Shown here: positions 17,335 to 23,652 of the stretch, one piece after another
How positions within the stretch are numbered: the stretch's first letter is position 1
Layout: every line of letters begins with the position of its first letter
Assembly: GCA_052168235.1 (NCBI GenBank)
Contig: JBQLZK010000084.1
Location: forward strand, 1-23,652
From: Thainema sp.
GTDB taxonomy: Bacteria > Cyanobacteriota > Cyanobacteriia > Phormidesmidales > Phormidesmidaceae
Length of the DNA stretch: 23,652 bases
Reading direction: 5' to 3'
Notes under the pieces: generated by a model
What the model saw: only the letters and a program-made list of their open reading frames with translations
Told to the model about the DNA's origin: nothing
Databases searched by the model: none
Program-made: the position numbers and the translations under genes

Positions 17335-18309
17335 CTAGGCGTTGGTTAATCCAGATTGGGTAAATCCGGTCAGCGGCTGCTGGGCCATATTCCAAAAGCA
17401 AACGGATTCGGTTTGCTGCTTCAGGATCAAGCTGCGATCGCAGGTGACTGTTCCAATCCTTTCACAAATTAGCTTCCGTTGCCGAAAAAGCTGCTGCACA
17501 GCGGCAACATGTTGCGATCGCACACTGAGCAAAAAGCCATAGCTGGGAAAGCTCACCAACCATTTTTCCAGATCGAGTCCGGCTGGACAGGGCACCTGAT
17601 CTAAATCCAGCACTGCACCGCAGCCGGAGGCTTCCATCAGCATCAGCAGCGTGCCGATAACGCCGCCCATGCTGACATCCTTGCCTGCATCGCATAAGCC
17701 CGATTCTGCCAGCGTGGGCAGGATCGACAAGTCGGCCTGTAATTGCTCTGGCTCGGCCTGGGTTGCTGCATCCCAAAACGGATACTGGGGATGAGCCTGA
17801 CCGCGAAAGTCAGTGGCCAACAGTAATGCGTCTCCCGGTTGAGCGTTGAAGCTCGTGATCAGCGACTGCGCCCGTCCCAGAATCGCGACAGACAGGGCAT
17901 TATAGGGACTCTGGCAGTTGGTATGGCCACCGACAATCGGCACGTTGAACGCGCGGGAGGCCGCCTGCATTCCCTGCCAAATCAGCTTGCTGTGGGCATT
18001 CGACTCGCTCCACAGGGCATCTACCACCGCCAGCGGTCGCCCACCCATCGCATAAATATCGCTGACGTTGACTAACACCGCGCACCAGCCCGCAAACCAG
18101 GGTTCCGCGTTAACCAGTACGGGCCACATGCCTTCTGCGGCTAGCAGCAAATAACCGTCACCATCGGGAATCGCGGCGCAGTCATCACCCAGTGCGATCG
18201 CACCTTCCTGACCGACCCGCTGCCCCAGCATTTGCGCCGCCAGTTGAATATCTTTCTTCTGCTGAATGCCCAGCGATTGCCGCAGTCGCTCCGCCCGTTC
18301 CGCCAGCAT
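17335..18309 (-). CDS. sll0787-family AIR synthase-like (PurM/SelD/HypE fold) protein of the Nit1C cluster
   Basis: GDDCAAIP, VNVSDIYAMGG, GGHTN, KDVSMGG, FPSYGFLL; its ATG overlaps the GNAT stop (TAATG at 18309). Confidence 0.9.
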   Translation of the reverse strand: MLAERAERLRQSLGIQQKKDIQLAAQMLGQRVGQEGAIALGDDCAAIPDGDGYLLLAAEGMWPVLVNAEPWFAGWCAVLVNVSDIYAMGGRPLAVVDALWSESNAHSKLIWQGMQAASRAFNVPIVGGHTNCQSPYNALSVAILGRAQSLITSFNAQPGDALLLATDFRGQAHPQYPFWDAATQAEPEQLQADLSILPTLAESGLCDAGKDVSMGGVIGTLLMLMEASGCGAVLDLDQVPCPAGLDLEKWLVSFPSYGFLLSVRSQHVAAVQQLFRQRKLICERIGTVTCDRSLILKQQTESVCFWNMAQQPLTGFTQSGLTNA

Positions 18310-18812
18310 TAAGACACCTGACGCGATACCCGTGGAATAACGGGACGAACTTGATCCGTGGGCGGATAGTGCAGCAAATCAGCCTCCATCAGGTGGTGCG
18401 GTAACCCACAAACGGAGATTTCCTCCAGTGAATCCCAGTGCAGCCGCTGAAAGAAGCGTACGTTTTGCAATTGCACCGTCGCCAAAAAGCGATCGCATCC
18501 CCAAGTATTGGCGGTCGTCACGGCTTTTTGAATCAGTCCTTTGCCAATGCGGCCCACGCGCCGATAATCGGCATGAACGCCCAATCGCCCGCCGTACCAC
18601 AATCGCGGCTCTGGTTCATAAATGCGAACAACGCCCACGACCTGATTGTTTTGCTCCTGATCCACGGCCACAATTGGATAGGCGTAGGCATCAATTGCGT
18701 CTTCGTCATGCCCCGTGAATAAACCCTGTTCCTCACAGAAAATCTGCTGCCGCAGGTCAAAATAGGCGCTAATTTCGTCAACCGTTGTCGCTAACTTGAA
18801 TTGATATCGCAT
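18309..18812 (-). CDS. MSMEG_0567/Sll0786-family GNAT N-acetyltransferase
   Basis: LRQQIFCEEQGLF, GVVRIY, WYGGRLGV, FLATVQLQNVRFF; position within the Nit1C operon. Confidence 0.9.
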   Translation of the reverse strand: MRYQFKLATTVDEISAYFDLRQQIFCEEQGLFTGHDEDAIDAYAYPIVAVDQEQNNQVVGVVRIYEPEPRLWYGGRLGVHADYRRVGRIGKGLIQKAVTTANTWGCDRFLATVQLQNVRFFQRLHWDSLEEISVCGLPHHLMEADLLHYPPTDQVRPVIPRVSRQVS

Positions 18813-18852
18813 AGGTATTCTGAACAGTTATCCAACACAATCCAACCTGGGT

Positions 18853-18919
18853 TAAGGGCGGGTTTAGATGATCAATTTTGATTTTGAAGACACACGTTAA
18901 ATGCAAAACCCGCCCCTAC
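18853..18919 (-). repeat. GTAG-type REP-like inverted-repeat element, copy 1
   Basis: Minus strand reads GTAGGGGCGGGTTTTGC...ATTGATC..CTAAACCCGCCCTTA; homologous to 21259-21324. Confidence 0.75.
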
Positions 18920-18925
18920 GTGCGT

Positions 18926-20050
18926 CTACGATTCAAACGTGGACAGGGCGGAACAGGCACCACATTTGGCACAGCCCGCTTTGATATTCTGCGATCGCAG
19001 ATTGGCCTGCTTGAGCATCGCGCCCACGTTTTGATACAGCGTGAACATAAAGTCGGTATCGGGAGCGGGATGGTTGGCCAGCGGCGTATCGGTGATTGGC
19101 ACAAACGGCACCACAAAGGGATAGACGCCGATAGTGATTAAGCGATCGCAAGCTTCCAGCAGCGTTTCTAATGAATCGCCCAAACCTGCCAATAAGTAAG
19201 TGCTCACCTGTCCCCAGCCGAAGACTTGAACAGCGGCCTCAAATGCCTGGAAGTAGTAGCTGACAGGTACTTCAGCTTTTCCAGGCATGATTTTGGCGCG
19301 GACAACCGGGTCAACGGCTTCCAGATGCATTCCTAAACTGTCAATCCCTGCGTCCTTCATCCGCTGGAACCAGACAAAATCATCGGGCGGTTCGCACTGA
19401 GCTTGAATCGGTAAATTCACCCGTGCCTTGATTGCTTTGGCACACTCTGCCAGATAAGCCGTACCGCGATCGCGGCTGTTGGGCGTGCCCGTCGTCATCA
19501 CCATATGCTTCACGCCATCAAGTCGCACAGCCGCCTCAGCAACCTCAGCTAACTGTGCCGGGGTCTTCCGCGCAATCGTACGGTCGGCTTCTAGCGATTT
19601 CTCAATGGCGCAGAACTGACAGACCGTAGACGAATCGCGGTAGCGCATACAGGTTTGCTGTACCGTGGTCGCTAGCACGTCGTGGCTGTGCAGCAGCGCG
19701 ATTTTCCAGTAGGGAATCCCATCAGCGGTGGTAAGGCTATAGAACTGCGGCTGACGGGGAAAACTGATGGGCGCGATCGCAGATCCAGCTTCCTCTAGGA
19801 TCAGAGACTGCGACGTTTGCATGTCTGACAGTTGAGTCTGAGACTGTGAAGAGGGCTGAATCTGAGCGGTGTAAGGCGATTGGGTCGCACTACCCGTATA
19901 GATCGGCACCATCACCGTCGTGCCCTCAATCGTGACCGCTTTGTGGTCAGACGGGCCAGCGCCTCCCTTCCGACCCGCCGCACCCATCTGCGGATCAACC
20001 AGCTTCAACCCCTTGGATTGCAGTTCAGTAATGAGGCGTTGTTTGTTCAT
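18926..20050 (-). CDS. MSMEG_0568/Sll0785-family radical SAM protein
   Basis: Start moved to ATG 20050 (AAGGA upstream). Motifs: GGAGPSDHKA, CMRYRDSSTVCQFC (CX9CX2C), MTTGTP, QCEPP, C-terminal CAKCGAC. Confidence 0.92.
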   Translation of the reverse strand: MNKQRLITELQSKGLKLVDPQMGAAGRKGGAGPSDHKAVTIEGTTVMVPIYTGSATQSPYTAQIQPSSQSQTQLSDMQTSQSLILEEAGSAIAPISFPRQPQFYSLTTADGIPYWKIALLHSHDVLATTVQQTCMRYRDSSTVCQFCAIEKSLEADRTIARKTPAQLAEVAEAAVRLDGVKHMVMTTGTPNSRDRGTAYLAECAKAIKARVNLPIQAQCEPPDDFVWFQRMKDAGIDSLGMHLEAVDPVVRAKIMPGKAEVPVSYYFQAFEAAVQVFGWGQVSTYLLAGLGDSLETLLEACDRLITIGVYPFVVPFVPITDTPLANHPAPDTDFMFTLYQNVGAMLKQANLRSQNIKAGCAKCGACSALSTFES

Positions 20051-20063
20051 GTCTGTCCTTGAC

Positions 20064-21089
20064 CTATTTGGCATCACTCGCAAAGGCTGAATGATGGCTG
20101 TTGTGACCATTCGTTTCGGTCGTCATCAATGCTGATTCGGCCTCTGTCGGTACATCCAGATCAGGCTGAGCTGCCTTGGGCTGCACCACTGACCATGCTT
20201 GAGCATTCATTTGAAGCTGGAGCAGGTCGGGGCGGGAATAGTGGCCAACACTGTCCATCATCCGCTTGCGCTTGGTGATGAGTGAGAAATCCAGATCTGC
20301 GATCGCAAGTCCTTCGCCCTCAGTAATCGGTTCACAGAGCGGCACTCCTTCCGGGCTAATGAGGGCGGTATAGCAGCCACCGCTGAGCGCTTTGTGCATC
20401 TTTTCATCTGGAATAATTTGCTGCTTTTGCTCCGGCGTCAGCCAACCCGTCGAGTTGATCACAAAGCAGCCCGACTCCAGCGCATGGTGGCGTACCGTCA
20501 CCTCCATCTGGTCAGTGAAGATATTGCCCACCATCGAACCCGGAAACTGGGCACAGTGAATCTGCTCATGCTGCGCCATCAGCGCAAACCGCGCCAGAGG
20601 GTTGTAATGCTCCCAGCAGGCCAGTGCCCCGATTCGGCCAACCGCCGTGTCGATGACTTTCAGGCCAGCCCCATCGCCCTGCCCCCACACCATCCGCTCA
20701 TGGAAGGTGGGCGTAATCTTGCGCCGCTTCAGCAGCAGCGTGCCGTCGGCATCGAAAATCAACTGCGTGTTGTACAGCGAACCGTTATCTCGCTCGTTCA
20801 CGCCCAGCACCACCACCATGCCGTGCGATCGCGCCGCTCGGCTCACCGCATCGACCACTGGGCCAGGAACCATGACTGCTTCCTCGTAGAGCTTCATATG
20901 CTCTTTGCCCATCAAAACGGGAGGCTGCACAAAGGAGAAGTAGGGGTAGTAGGGAACGAACGTTTCAGGGAACACAATCAACTGCACCCCTTCTTTAGCA
21001 GCCTGCGCGATCGCAGCTAAAACCTTTTCGGCTGTTCCTTCTTTGCTATGTAAAACCGGACTCAACTGAACAGCAGCGGCGCGAACCAT
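20064..21089 (-). CDS. Nit6803/Nit1C-family nitrilase (Sll0784-like)
   Basis: Start moved to ATG 21089 (GGAG upstream). Catalytic triad FPETF (Glu), RRKITPT (Lys), ACWEH (Cys); also DSVGHYSRP. Confidence 0.93.
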   Translation of the reverse strand: MVRAAAVQLSPVLHSKEGTAEKVLAAIAQAAKEGVQLIVFPETFVPYYPYFSFVQPPVLMGKEHMKLYEEAVMVPGPVVDAVSRAARSHGMVVVLGVNERDNGSLYNTQLIFDADGTLLLKRRKITPTFHERMVWGQGDGAGLKVIDTAVGRIGALACWEHYNPLARFALMAQHEQIHCAQFPGSMVGNIFTDQMEVTVRHHALESGCFVINSTGWLTPEQKQQIIPDEKMHKALSGGCYTALISPEGVPLCEPITEGEGLAIADLDFSLITKRKRMMDSVGHYSRPDLLQLQMNAQAWSVVQPKAAQPDLDVPTEAESALMTTETNGHNSHHSAFASDAK

Positions 21090-21225
21090 GATGTCTCCTA
21101 GCGCACTAGCTTTATGACTCAACAAACTGCGTGATGAATTACAACAGAATCAGGATCAACTGACAAGATGATTAGCTGCGATCGCATTCGTTTTACGACG
21201 ACAAGAACATGCAAGTTATTCAGGA

Positions 21226-21358
21226 CTTAGAATCATAAATTAAATAAGTTCACATTTTGTAGGGGCGGGTTTTGCTGTTAAATCTATGATAAGTAGTAGA
21301 TTGATCTACTAAACCCGCCCCTACAGTTTGCGGTCTTATTAAATCCATGCTCCTTAAG
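21226..21358 (+). mobile_element. MITE/REP-like element: REP-like core (21259-21324) nested in degenerate terminal inverted repeats
   Basis: Core GTAGGGGCGGGTTT...AAACCCGCCCCTAC has perfect 14-bp arms. Left flank CTTAGAATCATAAATTAAATAAG aligns with the reverse complement of the right flank, CTTAAGGAGCATGGATTTAATAAG. Confidence 0.6.
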
Positions 21359-21425
21359 TTTTTACATTTTTACATGCAGGAAAAATCAACTAATATCGCA
21401 AGCTCTTATCCAGCAGAATCAACAA

Positions 21426-21908
21426 TTACATTGTCCAAGTATCAAGAACGAACGCGCCTTCTTTGCGATGCAGCAGAATAATATCCAGCACATCTAAAGG
21501 GTTGATTGGCGTAATTCCGGGAATCAGAGACGGTTCACCATGACCGTAAAGCGCTTGCAGTGCAAAGCGACAAGCATAAACTTTTCCACCTTCTTCCATG
21601 AATTTGATGATTTGATTATTCATGGCCAAATGTCCTGGAAATGCTTCGTCTCCCAGCTTTGGAAAACCGCGCTGTACCCCTAACGTCACACCAGGCCCGT
21701 ATAGCAATACAGATGTCTCGAAACCTTTCCGAAGTAGACGAGTAGCCTGTAGTAAATTAACTAAACCAATTGAACCTTCAAACGCAACCGTATGAAAAGC
21801 AACTAATGCTTTTTCACCCGGATCTGCTTTTACATCAGGAAAAACTTTTTCCTCATAATCGACCAGAAAATCACCTGTTTGGTAAGCAGGGGTTGTAACT
21901 TCAGGCAT
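21426..21908 (-). CDS. MSMEG_0572/Sll0783-family nitrogen-starvation response protein (DsrE-like)
   Basis: 160 aa; [41 protein letters not shown]; first gene of the Nit1C operon, GGAG upstream. Confidence 0.93.
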   Translation of the reverse strand: MPEVTTPAYQTGDFLVDYEEKVFPDVKADPGEKALVAFHTVAFEGSIGLVNLLQATRLLRKGFETSVLLYGPGVTLGVQRGFPKLGDEAFPGHLAMNNQIIKFMEEGGKVYACRFALQALYGHGEPSLIPGITPINPLDVLDIILLHRKEGAFVLDTWTM

Positions 21909-21962
21909 ACTTTTCTCCGCAATAAAACAAACAAATGTGTGGAAGGTTTGTTTCTTTATTGC

Positions 21963-22004
21963 ACCTTAAAAGGCTGAGTTATTTAGACTCGTATCTACAG
22001 TTAC
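21963..22004 (-). promoter_or_regulatory. Canonical NtcA-activated promoter of the Nit1C operon
   Basis: Minus strand: GTA-ACTGTAGA-TAC (22004-21991), 22-nt spacer, then -10 box TAAGGT (21968-21963). This fits GTA-N8-TAC-N22-TAN3T exactly. Confidence 0.88.
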
Positions 22005-22138
22005 AAAACCTGTATCTCTGTCATTAAAGACAGGCAATTTAGAAGTGAATTCAACCGATATAATCCTAGTTAAACAACCCACTATCTTTTTCGACAGGTT
22101 ATTGTTGCGATCGCAGCCTACTCATAAAATATTCTCTT

Positions 22139-22759
22139 ATGGAACAGTATTTGCAGGTTAGTGAAGTCATCGATTGGCAACATCCAGATATTCTGGCCTG
22201 TGCCAAACAAATTACAGCGGAGTGTGAGACGCCAACTGCGATCGCACAAGCCTGCTTCGAGTGGGTACGAGACGAAATTCATCACAGCGTTGACTATCAG
22301 ATGAATCCAGTCACCTGTCGCGCTTCTGATGTCTTGCGATATAAAACTGGCTACTGCTATGCCAAAAGCCATTTACTGGCAGCCCTGTTGCGGGCCAACC
22401 AGATTCCAGCCGGATTTTGCTACCAGCGACTGAGCATTAACGACAACGGTGCGCCGTACAGCCTGCACGGATTCAACGCCATCTATTTGCCTGAAATAGG
22501 CTGGTATCGAGTGGATGCGAGAGGCAACAAAGACGGCGTGAACGCCCAGTTTTCTCCTCCGCAGGAAAATTTGGCGTTTCAAATTCAGTTTCCTGAAGAG
22601 GCCGATTTTCCATCCACTCTGGCGGAACCCCTGCCAATTGTTGTCGAAGCACTGCGATCGCAAACAACCTGGGACGACATGCTGCACCATCTTCCAGATA
22701 TCCCAGTGGAAGCCGCAAACGATTATGATCTTCTACCAAATCTGGTTGACAATCCCTGA
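22139..22759 (+). CDS. Transglutaminase-like cysteine protease family protein
   Basis: FEWVRDEIHHS, GYCYAKSHLL (Cys), LHG (His), WYRVDARGN (Asp). Confidence 0.9.
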   Translation: MEQYLQVSEVIDWQHPDILACAKQITAECETPTAIAQACFEWVRDEIHHSVDYQMNPVTCRASDVLRYKTGYCYAKSHLLAALLRANQIPAGFCYQRLSINDNGAPYSLHGFNAIYLPEIGWYRVDARGNKDGVNAQFSPPQENLAFQIQFPEEADFPSTLAEPLPIVVEALRSQTTWDDMLHHLPDIPVEAANDYDLLPNLVDNP

Positions 22760-22766
22760 TTGTGAT

Positions 22767-22799
22767 TAACGCCAAGCTTGCATAGCAAGCTTGGCGTTA
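22767..22799. terminator. 15-bp perfect hairpin between convergent genes
   Basis: TAACGCCAAGCTTGC-ATA-GCAAGCTTGGCGTTA. Confidence 0.7.
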
Positions 22800-22834
22800 T
22801 CATCGTGAATTCTTACGCTTTGATGGATGGGCAT

Positions 22835-23404
22835 TTAGCCTTCATTAATCGCGGCACTTTTCATGGAGGCAGGCAGGCTCTGTTTTGTACTGCTCGTTAA
22901 ACCATTTTGCATTTCTTCCGGCAAAATCCCGTGAATCTGCTTCATCAGGCTAGCCATCTCTAGGGCACTCATGGCATAGCTCCAGCCCAGATTGCTCTTG
23001 ATACCCGCTCGTTCGAGTGCCTGTTGCATCGTATCGGTTGTCAACACACCAAACACAATCGGTACGCCTGTCTGGAACCCAGCAGCAGCAACGCCCTTAG
23101 AAACTTCTGCGGCCACGTAGTCAAAATGGGGCGTATGGCCACGAATCACGGCACCGAGGCAAATAATGGCATTGTATCGACCCGAAAGCGCCAACTGTCG
23201 CGCCACGAGCGGCACCTCAAAACTACCGGGCACCCAGGCATAATCAACCTGTTCCCCTTGTGGATCAACGTCTACGTCATGTCGCTTGAGGCAGTCTTGA
23301 CACCCTTCGAGAAGCTTGCCCGTCACTAAGTCATTAAATCGACCAATGACAATCGCGAAGCGCAGCGACTTGGTATCGGCAAAACTTCCTTCAAATACAG
23401 CCAT
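22835..23404 (-). CDS. ribH: 6,7-dimethyl-8-ribityllumazine synthase
   Basis: [38 protein letters not shown]; cyanobacterial-type C-terminal extension. Confidence 0.96.
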   Translation of the reverse strand: MAVFEGSFADTKSLRFAIVIGRFNDLVTGKLLEGCQDCLKRHDVDVDPQGEQVDYAWVPGSFEVPLVARQLALSGRYNAIICLGAVIRGHTPHFDYVAAEVSKGVAAAGFQTGVPIVFGVLTTDTMQQALERAGIKSNLGWSYAMSALEMASLMKQIHGILPEEMQNGLTSSTKQSLPASMKSAAINEG

Positions 23405-23652
23405 AATTTTCCCTTAGCTCTCACCCACACGAGGGGTTACTCATCTCGTTCAATATAGCGCTAATGGGAGCGCTTATTGCGCTACTCTGACTGTGTTTGT
23501 CTTGTGCAAACGATATAACAGTATTGGAGCGATAACGAACCTTTCCTGAACCTAACCTGTTGAGAAAAAGCCACATGATAGAAAAAAGAGGATTCAACTC
23601 TACACTTAGAGCCTATCCGAAAACCTCAGATGAGCGAAATGTGATGACCGCA

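Larger units (their letters stand above)
648..22660. repeat. Dispersed HIP1 octamers (GCGATCGC)
   Basis: About 40 copies counted by eye (e.g. 648, 6721, 10742, 16002, 18991), mostly inside coding regions; a hallmark of many cyanobacteria. Confidence 0.9.

Noticed and set aside
20051..20110. Extended radical SAM start overlapping the nitrilase
   Set aside because: ATG 20050 has an RBS and avoids a 47-nt overlap.
20394..21020. 208-aa plus-strand ORF and other long antisense ORFs (e.g. 14317-14868, 14927-15418)
   Set aside because: They lie opposite well-supported genes and lack motifs; such ORFs are expected from codon bias.
21090..21425. Hidden nitG (MSMEG_0570-like) gene in the operon gap
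   Set aside because: No suitable ORF; the gap holds the REP/MITE-like element and AT-rich sequence.
17335..21908. Nit1C cluster as a wholly new system
   Set aside because: The five-gene core is already described (Synechocystis sll0783-sll0787, Pseudomonas nit1C); only its variant features are reported.
23405..23652. FMN riboswitch or psbZ upstream of ribH
   Set aside because: No RFN consensus segments and no PsbZ-like reading frame within the window.

Overview
Cyanobacterial chromosomal window: about 40 HIP1 octamers (GCGATCGC) counted by eye, cyanobacteria-type genes and a canonical NtcA promoter. In order it holds a frameshifted Uma2 endonuclease remnant, recF, a PacL-like P-type ATPase divergent from a degenerate P-loop/winged-helix protein, a glutathionyl-hydroquinone reductase and a Ctp (S41) protease. 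Next come a YdcF/DUF218 protein, a hypothetical protein, a TetR / SAM-methyltransferase / small CxxC-peptide module, an M15A peptidase with three N-terminal repeats, DUF2808, clpS and a CPBP protease. An NtcA-driven Nit1C (sll0783-sll0787-like) operon ends in a NUDIX gene rather than the usual nitG/nitH, followed by a transglutaminase-like gene and ribH. The least explained signals are the TetR-methyltransferase-peptide module with candidate operators, long intergenic hairpins that share a GC-NNN-GC apex, a small ORF with a perfect RBS upstream of the Ctp protease, and REP/MITE-like elements plus a GC shift inside the Nit1C operon. No rRNA, tRNA, CRISPR array or transposase was seen. All family assignments come from motif recognition, not database searches.
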